From: Deinococcales bacterium
GTDB taxonomy: Bacteria > Deinococcota > Deinococci > Deinococcales > JAAFIG01
Direction of reading: 5' to 3'
NCBI GenBank assembly: GCA_025352125.1
Contig: JANXTZ010000028.1
Coordinates: 15,922-79,921, forward strand
Length of the DNA: 64,000 nt
The position numbers and the translations under genes are program-made. Numbering within the stretch: the first letter of the stretch is position 1; the number at the start of each line of letters is the position of its first letter. The notes below the pieces were generated by a model, which saw only the letters and a program-made list of their open reading frames with translations, did not search any database and was not told where the DNA came from. Below, in pieces: positions 9,513-19,234 of this stretch.

Positions 9513-9549
9513 GAAGCCTCGAGTTTGAAAAGAGATTTCTGGAGCCGAT

Positions 9550-9951
9550 TCAAAACGTATCCTCGAGCGTGTACTCAAATTCGTAGGTATGCACGCCGCC
9601 CACAATATTGATCGTCATTGTGCCGCTCAATCCTGTTAGCCCATCCGTTCCAGAGTCTGGCACGACCACAATCTCGAGTGTGGGTTCTCCCCTGTTCATT
9701 GTGCCTTTGTGTTGCAGCACAAAACTGCCCGTGCGGTTTTCCAGTGTGCCGCCAACCCGTTCTATCGCCACATAGCCCGCCGAGCCTTTGACTGCCGTGC
9801 CAGCCGAAAGCATTTCGCCGCGACTGGTCGCTACCAGATCACCAAAAAATTGTTTGTCAAGGTCCAACCTGCCAAGGCTGGCATCTGCGGTGTCGTTGTT
9901 GAGCGTTAAAGGACTGAGTTTGACTTCAAAAGTTCCGCTGGCTCGAGGCAT
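9550..9951 (-). CDS. DUF3224 family protein
   Basis: ASGTFEVK, KQFFGDL, SAGYVAIER, GSFVLQH and VVPDSGTDGLTGLSG motifs; AGGAG RBS. Confidence 0.88.
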   Translation of the reverse strand: MPRASGTFEVKLSPLTLNNDTADASLGRLDLDKQFFGDLVATSRGEMLSAGTAVKGSAGYVAIERVGGTLENRTGSFVLQHKGTMNRGEPTLEIVVVPDSGTDGLTGLSGTMTINIVGGVHTYEFEYTLEDTF

Positions 9952-9961
9952 GGTGCTCCTT

Positions 9962-10480
9962 TTAATTTGAGAAATAACGTTCTTGCAAAATCTTGGAGTG
10001 ATGCCGCACATGCCCAACCATGATGTACGCCAGCGCCAGCACGGTAACACGGTTGTCGCTGGCAATTCCAGCTCGAGACCATGCGGCAGCACTTAAATGC
10101 TTGAACATCAACACGTTTGCGGTTCGCAGCGCCACGAATTCGGCGCACAAATCAGCCAGTGGAATCTGATTGAGTCCCGCCTCGGACACATACTGGTTTT
10201 CGTCAAAGCTGAAAAGCTTTACCGTGTCGGCTCGTGAAAACGTGAATGCCCGAAAAGCGAAAACCCGTTCGCCATCAATTAAATGCCCGATCACTTGGCG
10301 GATGCTCCACTTGTCAGCGGCGTAACGGTACAAGGATTTCTCTTCAGAAACACCAACCAGCAAAGTTCGGGTCTGATCTATTTGCGACTCGAGTTCTGGC
10401 AGAATTTCGGTTTCTGGCACGAGCGAAACGTAAGTTTCGTAAAAATAGTTGTACTCGTTTTTTTCGGGGCGTTTATTCAT
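9962..10480 (-). CDS. DinB/YfiT family protein
   Basis: YRYAADKWSIRQVIGHLIDGERVF...FDENQYV...GHVRHH motifs. Confidence 0.88.
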   Translation of the reverse strand: MNKRPEKNEYNYFYETYVSLVPETEILPELESQIDQTRTLLVGVSEEKSLYRYAADKWSIRQVIGHLIDGERVFAFRAFTFSRADTVKLFSFDENQYVSEAGLNQIPLADLCAEFVALRTANVLMFKHLSAAAWSRAGIASDNRVTVLALAYIMVGHVRHHSKILQERYFSN

Positions 10481-10490
10481 GGCTTCTCCC

Positions 10491-11429
10491 TTAAACATTG
10501 CTGGTGATTTGAACCTCATTGATGCGGCGCTTGGCAACGACTGCGGTTGGAAAGCTGGGCGAAAGCATCAACGCCCTTGCCAGGGCAACGGCGGTGCCGT
10601 AACGCAAACTTTCGGTCCAATCCATGTTCTGGGTGATGCCAACAATCGTGCCCGCCAGCAGCGCATCTCCGCAGCCAACAGTGTTTTTGACTTGAACCCT
10701 GGGCGGCGAGGCTTGAAAGCACGAGTATTTGGTCAGCATGATCGAGCCTTCGCCACCCAAGGACAGCAGCACGTTTTGCGCTCCCAAAGCTTGAATCTTT
10801 CTGGCGGCAGCCACCGCATCGCTGAGGTCTTGTATTTTGGTGCCCAGCAACATTTCGGACTCGGTGCGGTTGGGTTTGACCAGCCACGGTTCGGCTTTTA
10901 ATGCCAACTCGAGCGCAGAACCTTCGGCATCGACCACCACTTTTGCGCCGCGAAGTTGGATTTTACGGGTCAGATCGGCGTACACGGTGCTCTGAATGCC
11001 ACGCGGCAAGCTGCCCGCCAAGACCACCACACTGTTGGACTGAACCTGTTTCAACAACGTACTCTCGAGGGTTTGCCATTCGATCAAGTCAAGCGTAGGA
11101 CCGCTGGCATTAAATTCGGTGATTTGTGAACCGTCAACCAACTTGAAATTGCAACGGCTTGCGCCCGCTATCGGAATTTTCACCAGTTCAAAATTGCCCT
11201 CGGTCAACAAACTCGAGATCGCCTGTCCGACCACATCACCGAGCGGCGCGACGGCGATGCTCGGGATGCCCAGTTTGGCGGCGGCTTGGGCAACGTTGAT
11301 GCCTTTGCCGCTGGCTTCGATAAAGGCACTTTGGGCGCGGTTCATACCACCAAGCGTCACCCCAGAGTGAACTTGGGTGATGTCAAGGGCGGGATTGAGG
11401 GTCAGGGTGATGATTCTGGCTTGGGTCAT
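10491..11429 (-). CDS. 1-phosphofructokinase family hexose kinase (FruK/LacC-like, PfkB fold)
   Basis: TLTLNPALD, GKGINVA, LAGSLPRG, VKPNRTE and NTVGCGDA motifs. Confidence 0.88.
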   Translation of the reverse strand: MTQARIITLTLNPALDITQVHSGVTLGGMNRAQSAFIEASGKGINVAQAAAKLGIPSIAVAPLGDVVGQAISSLLTEGNFELVKIPIAGASRCNFKLVDGSQITEFNASGPTLDLIEWQTLESTLLKQVQSNSVVVLAGSLPRGIQSTVYADLTRKIQLRGAKVVVDAEGSALELALKAEPWLVKPNRTESEMLLGTKIQDLSDAVAAARKIQALGAQNVLLSLGGEGSIMLTKYSCFQASPPRVQVKNTVGCGDALLAGTIVGITQNMDWTESLRYGTAVALARALMLSPSFPTAVVAKRRINEVQITSNV

Positions 11430-12900
11430 TGGTTTTGGTATCCTCGTGAAGTATCGCGTTCAGTCTATCGTGTTCTGATAAAACCCGAGCGTACCTCAGC
11501 TTGGGTGCGTGATTGTCGCGTTCTGGCACAAATTTCCTGATCGGCGACGGTGTTTTGACCTTGTTGCCCTGGTGATGCCACGCCAGCAATGCCGCCCCGA
11601 GTGCACTGGCGTGGGGGCTGGAATAAACCTCGAGCGGCACGCCAAAAATATCTGTTTTGCACTGCATCCAAACATCGCTCCTCGTTGAGCCACCAACCGC
11701 CCGAATGTTGCCAGGTACGGCTTGTAAACGTCGCAAGGTTCGGTTTGACTCGAGACACAAGCCTTCCAGCACGGCTTTTACCAGGTGTCCAAGATTGTGG
11801 GTTTCTCGTAAACCTAAAAATATGCCGCCTACCAGCGCGGTGTCAAAAGGATCATCACTTGGGTAGCGCAGGTGCGGCACAAACAGCGGCGTGTCGCCAG
11901 TGCATTGTCCCGCCAGCTCGAGGATTCTGGCTCGGGTGACTTCAAAATCGCTTTGATCTGCCACGGTGCGCACAAACCAGTCAAAGGTCGATCCCGCCGC
12001 CCGAAAGGTTGTCATGGCGTACCACTGGTCGGCAAGCGCGTGGTGTCCAACCACGACCCCGCGTTGCTCGAGAAGGGGTTCAAGTTGGTCGCGCCGAAGG
12101 ATTTGCATGAAGGTTTCGACGGTTCCGCAGGCGTGCATGACCGCCCCAGGCTTATCAACACCCAGCGCGAACGCCGCACAGGTCTGGTCGTGAGCCGCCT
12201 CGAGCACGGGCGTTCCAACCTCTAAACCCGTCAATTCTGCCGCCTTGGGCGTGATTGTTCCGATGCTTTCCCCTGGCATCCTGAGCGGCGCGAGCAGGTC
12301 TTGAAGACCAAATTTTTTGGCAAGGTCAGTGTTCCAACTCGAGTTTTTCAAATCCAGCAACAAGGTTCTGGAAGCCTGTGTCAGACCCATTTGCACCGTG
12401 CCTGTCAATTGCAGCGCGATCCAATCCGCCGCCGACAGCCAGCGCGTCTCGGGCGTGAACAAGGCTGGATGCTCGAGCCTCAGCCACAAGATTTTGAAGA
12501 GCGAATACGTGTGATCCGCCATCAAACCCGAACTGACACGCAGCGCCTCGAGAGAAGCGGTTTGCTCGAGTTGTTCGAGTACGATTTTGGGACGGTCATC
12601 AAACCAAGCCAGCATCTTCGGCTCGAGCAGCACGTTTGACGTGTTCACCAGCACGCCAGATTCGCCAAAGCTGCTGATGCCAATGGCTTTGATCTGACCC
12701 GAGAAATCTTGGACGGCTTCTCGAATCAATGTGGCGGTCACCTCCCACAAATCTCGAGCGTCATGTTCGGCAGATTCTTGGGCAATGCGCTTGATTGGCG
12801 TCGGGGTTTCTAAAAGTCGAATGACCTCTGATTCGGGCGTGAACACCCCAACCTTGATGGCGCTCGTGCCAAGGTCGATGCCCAGCAACAAATCATTCAC
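11383..12900 (-). CDS. FGGY-family carbohydrate kinase
   Basis: LGIDLGTSAIK, SSFGESGV, AWFDDR, ASRTLLLD, AAHDQ and VGGSTRS motifs. Confidence 0.88.
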   Translation of the reverse strand: MNDLLLGIDLGTSAIKVGVFTPESEVIRLLETPTPIKRIAQESAEHDARDLWEVTATLIREAVQDFSGQIKAIGISSFGESGVLVNTSNVLLEPKMLAWFDDRPKIVLEQLEQTASLEALRVSSGLMADHTYSLFKILWLRLEHPALFTPETRWLSAADWIALQLTGTVQMGLTQASRTLLLDLKNSSWNTDLAKKFGLQDLLAPLRMPGESIGTITPKAAELTGLEVGTPVLEAAHDQTCAAFALGVDKPGAVMHACGTVETFMQILRRDQLEPLLEQRGVVVGHHALADQWYAMTTFRAAGSTFDWFVRTVADQSDFEVTRARILELAGQCTGDTPLFVPHLRYPSDDPFDTALVGGIFLGLRETHNLGHLVKAVLEGLCLESNRTLRRLQAVPGNIRAVGGSTRSDVWMQCKTDIFGVPLEVYSSPHASALGAALLAWHHQGNKVKTPSPIRKFVPERDNHAPKLRYARVLSEHDRLNAILHEDTKTNDPSQNHHPDPQSRP

Positions 12901-13799
12901 AACCTTTCCTCGAGAACCGCCAACGCCCCGTACAAACTGGCGCTCGAGCCAAGTTGTGCCCAGACGATTTTGACCGATTGTTTGGGATAAGGTCGGCGCA
13001 GATGATCAAAAATCAGGTGCTTGAATTTTTCTTTTGGGAAGTCTTGCATCAGCGGGATACCGCCGCCAATCACGCAGACTTCGGGGTCGATCAGGTTGAT
13101 GGTGGTGGCAATGGCAAAAGCTTGATCGCGGACAAAATCTTGCAATGCTGGAATCAGGTTTTTATTTCGAGCACTGAACAATTCGGAGACTGGAATATCA
13201 AATTGCTTGCCCAGTTCATTCAAGGTATGCCCGCAAGCATATGCCTCGAGGCAGTCCAGATTGCCACAAACACAAATCTTGCCGCGTCCATGAATGGGAA
13301 TATGCCCGAGTTCCATGCCCACCGAAAAACCGCGATACGGTTTACCCGCAATCAAAAATCCTGCGCCGACGCCCGTTCCCAAGAACACACCAACCGCCGA
13401 ACTTGCACCAAGCGCCGCACCGGAATGTTGTTCGCCCAACGTTAAAAGCACAATGTCACGCTCGAGGCGCACGGGTTTTGAAAGTTTTGCCTGAAGCAAT
13501 GTTGCCAGCTTCAAACCCTCGAGTTGAGGGATGTTTGGACCTGAAAGCACCAGGTCCATGTTACGGTCCAAACTGACGGGAACGCCCAAGACCACGGCGT
13601 CAAACTCGAGTTGATTCTGGTTTGCATATTCAAGAATGATTCGCTCGAGTGCGGCAATTGGATCGGCAACCCGCAATCGGTCTGTCAGTACACCCGCGCT
13701 GGCTGTTGTGGCATGGATATTTTGCAGATGTCCAAGTGCCATTTTTGTGCCACCAATATCGGCGACAATGATGTTTTGGGGCAGTTTTGTCATAAACAT
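12897..13799 (-). CDS. ROK-family sugar kinase, D-allose kinase (AlsK)-like
   Basis: DIGGTK, GTGVG and ELGHIP...CVCGNLDCLE motifs; C-terminus INLIDPEVCVIGGG...FP...LRRPYP resembles AlsK; no HTH. Confidence 0.8.
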   Translation of the reverse strand: MFMTKLPQNIIVADIGGTKMALGHLQNIHATTASAGVLTDRLRVADPIAALERIILEYANQNQLEFDAVVLGVPVSLDRNMDLVLSGPNIPQLEGLKLATLLQAKLSKPVRLERDIVLLTLGEQHSGAALGASSAVGVFLGTGVGAGFLIAGKPYRGFSVGMELGHIPIHGRGKICVCGNLDCLEAYACGHTLNELGKQFDIPVSELFSARNKNLIPALQDFVRDQAFAIATTINLIDPEVCVIGGGIPLMQDFPKEKFKHLIFDHLRRPYPKQSVKIVWAQLGSSASLYGALAVLEERL

Positions 13800-13902
13800 A
13801 AGGACAACCTCGAGTATGACGGGAAAAACTGAACAGGAAAAGGTTTTGCCGCCTCGTTCAAAATGCCATGTCCGCATTTCAAATCAAGTTTTTGGCTTGC
13901 TC

Positions 13903-13932
13903 TTGACTTCTTTTGTTAACTAAGTTTACTAT
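13903..13932 (+). promoter_or_regulatory. Sigma70-like promoter (TTGACT-N18-TACTAT), possibly overlapping a ROK operator
   Basis: In the divergent intergenic region; AGGAGG RBS downstream before GTG 13965; AT-rich imperfect dyad between -35 and -10. Confidence 0.45.
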
Positions 13933-13964
13933 AACCTTCCCAAGAAAGTCCAGGAGGTTATTCG

Positions 13965-15203
13965 GTGCTCGAACCAACGTCGGTTCACCATGTTCCTGAC
14001 GCGATCTCTCGTGGGCAACGCCCAGGTGACGTGCGCCGTGTCAACCGTGCCACCGCGCTCGAGTTGCTGCGTGAACGCCCGCAGGGTCGCGCCGAACTGG
14101 CACGTGCGATGGGACTTTCCAAAGCAGCACTTGGTGGACTGATCTCTGACTTGACCTTAGAGGGCTTGGTGCTCGAGCATCCACCGACCGCCATTGCGAG
14201 GGGAAGACACCCAGCGCCACTTCAAGTCAATGCCAGGCGCTTCAGTGTGCTTGGAATACACCTCGTACCTCACGGTCTCGAGGTGGGCTTGTACGATGCT
14301 TTGGGCACCCAGCAAGAGGTCTTGTACGCCCCAAGTCAAATCGGAGAGGGCTTTGAACGTGTGTTGTCACAAGTCATTGAAACCAGCCACGCGTTGATGA
14401 TCCGAGCCAAAAAGTTGAGAATTGGGCAGGTCATCGCGCTGACCATTGCCACTCCAGGACCCCTGGATTCCCAGCGTGGCGTGGTGCTCGGCGCACCCAA
14501 ATTTCCAGACCTCAACGGCATGAATCTTAAGCACAGGCTCGAGCAAGCCCTCAACCTACCCGTCAGGCTGGAACGGGATGTCAACGCCGCCGCGATGGGT
14601 CATCTGCGACAAACCAAAGCGAGCAGTTTTGTTTATATCCTGATCACCGGACCTGGCATTGGCGCGAGCGTGGTGATCAACCGTACCGTCTACCGTGGTA
14701 CGCACGGTTTTGCGGGTGAATTTGGGCATATTTCACTCGACCCCAAAGGCATTGCCTGCCCGTGCGGCAACCGTGGCTGCCTGGAGCGTTACGCCTCGAG
14801 CGAAGCCATCGAAAACCAATACAAAAAACGCAACCGCAAAACCCTCAGCATTGCTGAAATGACCCAACGCGCACGAGAAGGCAACCCGCAAGCCCAAGCC
14901 GTTTTTGACGAGGCTGGAACCGCCATCGGTTTGGCAGCCGTGACATTGGTCAATTTGTTTGATCCCTCTCAACTGGTGCTGGCAAGCTCTGGCACAAGCT
15001 TCACCGACCTGCTGATCCCAAGTTTGAAGCGCCAACTTGCCAAACATGCCTATCCGTACCTGAACTTGGGAGCACAACTCAACATCGAAAACGTGACACT
15101 CGAGCATCCCGTTGCCCCTGGAGCCGCCGAATGCGTGCTCGAGGCAATTTATCAGGGCGAAATTGCCATTCCAAAATCAAACACGGAGGTGGTCATGGGC
15201 TAA
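13965..15203 (+). CDS. ROK family transcriptional repressor (NagC/XylR type)
   Basis: N-terminal HTH (RAELARAMGLSKAAL) plus ROK motif GEFGH...CPCGNRGCLE. Confidence 0.9.
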   Translation: MLEPTSVHHVPDAISRGQRPGDVRRVNRATALELLRERPQGRAELARAMGLSKAALGGLISDLTLEGLVLEHPPTAIARGRHPAPLQVNARRFSVLGIHLVPHGLEVGLYDALGTQQEVLYAPSQIGEGFERVLSQVIETSHALMIRAKKLRIGQVIALTIATPGPLDSQRGVVLGAPKFPDLNGMNLKHRLEQALNLPVRLERDVNAAAMGHLRQTKASSFVYILITGPGIGASVVINRTVYRGTHGFAGEFGHISLDPKGIACPCGNRGCLERYASSEAIENQYKKRNRKTLSIAEMTQRAREGNPQAQAVFDEAGTAIGLAAVTLVNLFDPSQLVLASSGTSFTDLLIPSLKRQLAKHAYPYLNLGAQLNIENVTLEHPVAPGAAECVLEAIYQGEIAIPKSNTEVVMG

Positions 15204-15256
15204 AGAAAACGAAGACGGCAACAGGCAATCTCTTAAGGTTTTTTGTGGAGGATGAC

Positions 15257-16234
15257 ATGCGAAAATTGGCTTTAGCAGCGTTGGGTGTGGCTCTTTTAAC
15301 TGCAATTCCAGGTTCTGCACAGACCAAAAAGTACAACATCACCTTGGTTCCTGGTTTAACAACTGACGGGTTTTACATCACAATGCACCACGGTGCCGAA
15401 GAATCGGCTGCGAAGTTGGGCATCAACTTGGATTTCCAGGGTGCGCCTGAATGGAACTCGACCTTGCAAATTCCGGTCTTGGATGCCGTCATCGCCCGAC
15501 ATCCCGATGCGATCTTGATTGCACCAACTGACAAGCGTCAACTGATTCCGTCAATGAAGAAAGCCAATGACGCTGGCATCAAGGTCATCACGCTCGACAC
15601 GTTCATTGGTGACACTGGAAAATACCAAACTGGCGACGGCAATGACGCCGATTTTGTGCTTTCTTACGTGGCTTCTGACAATGTTGAAGGTGGACGCGTG
15701 GCGGCTCGAGCGCTGGCAGATGCCATTGGCAAACGCGGCAAGGTTTACGTTTCCAACGTCAAACCAGGCATCAGCACCACCGATCAGCGCGAGCAGGGTT
15801 TTAAAGAAGAGATGGCAAAATACAAGAATATCACGGTGCTCGAGACGCAATTCAACGACGATGATGCCAACAAAGCCGCCAGTCAATTCGCGGCGGTTCT
15901 GGCTCGCAACCCAGACATCAAGGGCTTGTTTGGCGCAAACTTGTTCAGCGCCATCGGTGCTGGCAACGGTGTCAAATCCGCAGGCAAACTGGGCAAGGTC
16001 AAGGTCATTGCCTTTGATGCCCCCGAAAGCATCGTCAACGATCTGAAAAGCGGGCTTGTCACTGCCGCCATTGCCCAACATCCAGGCGAGATGGGCGCTG
16101 TGGGCGTGCAATATGCGGTGGACGCTCTCGACGGCAAGAAAGTCCCAACCCGGTGGGGCACTGGCTACACCATCATGACCAAAAAGAACATCAGCGATCC
16201 AGCAGTCACAAAATTCCTGTACTCGTCCAAGTAG
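15257..16234 (+). CDS. Sugar ABC transporter substrate-binding protein (RbsB-like)
   Basis: GGAGG RBS, signal peptide; PDAILIAPTD, VASDNVEGG and VIAFDA motifs. Confidence 0.9.
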   Translation: MRKLALAALGVALLTAIPGSAQTKKYNITLVPGLTTDGFYITMHHGAEESAAKLGINLDFQGAPEWNSTLQIPVLDAVIARHPDAILIAPTDKRQLIPSMKKANDAGIKVITLDTFIGDTGKYQTGDGNDADFVLSYVASDNVEGGRVAARALADAIGKRGKVYVSNVKPGISTTDQREQGFKEEMAKYKNITVLETQFNDDDANKAASQFAAVLARNPDIKGLFGANLFSAIGAGNGVKSAGKLGKVKVIAFDAPESIVNDLKSGLVTAAIAQHPGEMGAVGVQYAVDALDGKKVPTRWGTGYTIMTKKNISDPAVTKFLYSSK

Positions 16235-16247
16235 CCATTTTTCAACT

Positions 16248-16411
16248 GGTGAGGATGTCATACCAAATTGCGGGGAACAGTCATGCTTTTCCGACTGTTC
16301 CCCCGACCAAAGGGAGTGGCAACCGAACGGAATACACGGGGTTAACGGAGTTATGGAACGCAGTGGAATAACGAAGTGTTCCCGTGTATTCCGTATCAAA
16401 ACGTCCTCACC
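16248..16411. repeat. Nested-hairpin small non-coding element (ATAC...GTAT termini) inside an 11-bp stem-loop
   Basis: GGTGAGGATGT/ACGTCCTCACC outer arms; GGGGAACAGTC/GACTGTTCCCC (16272-16303); ACGGAATACACGGG/CCCGTGTATTCCGT (16327-16394). Confidence 0.7.
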
Positions 16412-16475
16412 TCACAAATTTTGAAAGTGACGCCATGCAAAAAACAAAGAAACACGAATATGGCTCGAGGCTTCC

Positions 16476-17489
16476 ATGAATCAAACCGTCAAACCCGCCT
16501 CATCAGGCTCGAGCATCATTAAAACCGTCGGTGCAATCTGGTCCTGGTTGTTTTTGGCTTTTTTGATTGTGGTGTTTGAAATTTGGGCGAGACTTTCTTT
16601 TGGACAAACGTTTTTGTTCAATCTCAACAGTGTCCAAAGTATTTTGATGGCCACTGTTCAACCCCTGCTTTTGGCGCTGGGTCTGACCTTTGTGATCATT
16701 GCCGGAGGAATTGACCTCTCGGTGGGCTTTACCGTCGGCTTGGCTTCTGTGACCGCCGCACAAGTGATGCAATCCCTCAACTCGAGTTTGCCAAGTGGCA
16801 TTGGACTTGCTTTGGGGATCATCGCCGCCATTTTGATTGCCATGATCGCAGGTTTGGTCAATGGTTTGTTGATTGCGCGTTTGAATATTCCGCCATTCAT
16901 TGGCACACTCGGCATGTACGGCATTAACCGTGGTGTGGCTTTTATTCTGGCCAAAGGCACAACCGTACCTGTGGACAATCCTGTCAATTCGGCACTCGGA
17001 AACGGCTCGGTTTTGGGAATCATTCCAATTCCAGTGCTGATAACACTCATCATTGTGGTGATCATGCACTACGTGCTGTCTCAAACCAAATTTGGACAAT
17101 ACACTTATGCCATTGGTGGCAACAAACAAGCTGCCCAACGCGCAGGAATCAATGTCGAACGTCACACCATCGGTTTGTACGTCTTGACGGCGGCACTGGC
17201 TGCGGTGGCTGGCATTATTTACACTGGACGTTTTACCGCTGGCGCGGCGCAAGCCGGTGAACCAACGCTGTTGAACGCCATCGCTGCGGTGGTCATTGGT
17301 GGCGCGAGTTTGTTTGGTGGTGAGGGCAAAGTGGTAGGTACAGTCATTGGGGCTTTGATTATCGCGGTCATTGAATTTGGTTTGGTGTACATCAACGTCT
17401 CACCATTTTATCAATTTATTGCCGTTGGAGCGGTGATTATTCTCTCGGTGCTGGTCGATCAGTCGCGTCGCAGTGTGGTGGGGTCATGA
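16476..17489 (+). CDS. Sugar ABC transporter permease (RbsC-like)
   Basis: FVIIAGGIDLSVG, IPPFIGTLG, YAIGGNKQAA and IAAVVIGGASLFGG motifs. Confidence 0.93.
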   Translation: MNQTVKPASSGSSIIKTVGAIWSWLFLAFLIVVFEIWARLSFGQTFLFNLNSVQSILMATVQPLLLALGLTFVIIAGGIDLSVGFTVGLASVTAAQVMQSLNSSLPSGIGLALGIIAAILIAMIAGLVNGLLIARLNIPPFIGTLGMYGINRGVAFILAKGTTVPVDNPVNSALGNGSVLGIIPIPVLITLIIVVIMHYVLSQTKFGQYTYAIGGNKQAAQRAGINVERHTIGLYVLTAALAAVAGIIYTGRFTAGAAQAGEPTLLNAIAAVVIGGASLFGGEGKVVGTVIGALIIAVIEFGLVYINVSPFYQFIAVGAVIILSVLVDQSRRSVVGS

Positions 17490-18232
17490 GTGCAAACCAA
17501 CAACCGATTCTCGAGGGTCGAGGACTCTCAAAACGTTTTGGTGGTCATCAAGCATTAAACAAAGTTGATTTTCAGTTGTTTCCTGGCGAGGTGCTGGCAC
17601 TGGCGGGCGACAACGGCGCGGGCAAGAGCACACTGATCAAGTGCATCTCTGGGGCACATTTACCCAGTGAGGGCACGGTGTTTCTCGAGGGAAAACCGAT
17701 TCACATCACCAGTGCTCAAGAAGCCAGAACGCACGGTATCGAAACGATTTACCAAGATTTGGCACTGGCTGAAAATTTGGATGTTGGAGCGAACGTCTTT
17801 TTGGGTCGTGAACCCATGACCAAAATGTTTGGCTTTTTGCCAATGCTGGATCGCAAATTGATGCGCTCCGCCAGCGCCGAGGTGCTGGACACGCTCGAGA
17901 TTCACACCAGACTTGATAAACCCGTGCGTGAACTTTCGGGCGGTCAAAAACAGGCGGTGGCGATTGGACGCGCGATTTACTGGAAGGCTCGAGTCTTGAT
18001 CATGGACGAACCCACCGCCGCACTGGGCGTTCCCGAGCAACGCAAGGTCGTAGAGTTGATTCACCGCCTGAAATCTCAGGGTGTGTCGATTATTTTTATT
18101 TCGCACAATCTCATTGATATTTTCGCTGTGGCTGACCGCATCATGGTCTTGCGTCGCGGCGAACTTGCGGGCGAACGAAACGCGAAAGACACCAACGGCG
18201 ATGAGATCGTCAAACTGATGGTTGGGGGTTGA
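17486..18232 (+). CDS. Sugar ABC transporter ATP-binding protein (single domain)
   Basis: GDNGAGKST, LSGGQKQ, IMDEPTAAL and ISHN motifs. Confidence 0.93.
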   Translation: MSANQQPILEGRGLSKRFGGHQALNKVDFQLFPGEVLALAGDNGAGKSTLIKCISGAHLPSEGTVFLEGKPIHITSAQEARTHGIETIYQDLALAENLDVGANVFLGREPMTKMFGFLPMLDRKLMRSASAEVLDTLEIHTRLDKPVRELSGGQKQAVAIGRAIYWKARVLIMDEPTAALGVPEQRKVVELIHRLKSQGVSIIFISHNLIDIFAVADRIMVLRRGELAGERNAKDTNGDEIVKLMVGG

Positions 18233-18240
18233 GGCTCAAT

Positions 18241-19179
18241 ATGCCAACGCTCGCAATCCTGACTTCTGGCGGCGATTCGCCAGGCATGAACATGGCAATC
18301 TGGCAAGCCAATGCCGCCATGCAAGTCCTGGGCTGGCAAACGTTGGGCGTGAAAGAGGGTTTCACGGGCTTGTTGCGCGGCGATTTTCTCAAACTCGAGA
18401 CATCCGACACCATGCGTTACACCCGTTACGGCGGCACGTTTTTGGCTTCGTCTCGGGACCCTGATTTTGCCCTAAAAATTCCTGAAGCCATTGATCAACT
18501 CGAGCAAGCTGGCATCACGCACTTGCTGGTGCTCGGCGGCAACGGCTCGATCCGTGGCGCGGCGGCGCTGGCAAACACTGGCATCAAAGTCATTGGGATT
18601 CCTGCCACCATCGACAACGACGTGGCGGGCTCAAATGATTCAATCGGTTTTGACACCGCCTGCAATTTTGGCTTGCAGATGATCGACCAATTCCGTGACA
18701 CGCTCGAGGCACTGCCAAGGTTGTGCGTGCTCGAGACTCTGGGCGGCGACAGCGGATTTTTGGCGCTTGAGATTGCCCGTGCGGGAGGTGCGGATTGTGC
18801 GTTGTTGCCCGAGCATCCAATCTCGAGTTTGGAGCTTTTACAGATCACCCAAGCCGCCATCAAACACCATCACTATGCCCTGATTGTTGCCAGCGAAGGC
18901 TACGAGGACCTCGAGCAAACCGTGCTCAACCTCGAGCGGGAGACTGGCTTGCGCCTTCGGTTTTCCAGACCCTCACACGCCATGCGGGGTGGTCGTCCGA
19001 GCAGCCACGACCGGTCTTTGGCGGCAGCACTGGCACTGGCGGCTTGCAACGCACTGACAAAGGGCGAATCTGGCATGATGGGCTGGCAGGATGGCAAAGC
19101 GAAACGACTTGATTTTAAAGACATTCCCAATCAAAAAATATTAAAAATGGAAAATCAAAAGAAGAATCCCGAGACATAA
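18241..19179 (+). CDS. PfkA-family ATP-dependent phosphofructokinase-like kinase (divergent sugar-phosphate site)
   Basis: ILTSGGDSPGMN, GGNGS, PATIDND and SIGFDTA motifs; MGR motif replaced by LGG. Confidence 0.85.
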   Translation: MPTLAILTSGGDSPGMNMAIWQANAAMQVLGWQTLGVKEGFTGLLRGDFLKLETSDTMRYTRYGGTFLASSRDPDFALKIPEAIDQLEQAGITHLLVLGGNGSIRGAAALANTGIKVIGIPATIDNDVAGSNDSIGFDTACNFGLQMIDQFRDTLEALPRLCVLETLGGDSGFLALEIARAGGADCALLPEHPISSLELLQITQAAIKHHHYALIVASEGYEDLEQTVLNLERETGLRLRFSRPSHAMRGGRPSSHDRSLAAALALAACNALTKGESGMMGWQDGKAKRLDFKDIPNQKILKMENQKKNPET

Positions 19180-19234
19180 AATTCACGTAGGGATGGTCTC
19201 AGACTACACATCAAACCACCCAGGAGGAAATACC

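Noticed and set aside
16260-16396. tRNA or known riboswitch
   Set aside because: No cloverleaf, TTC loop or recognisable aptamer consensus; kept only as a structured repeat.
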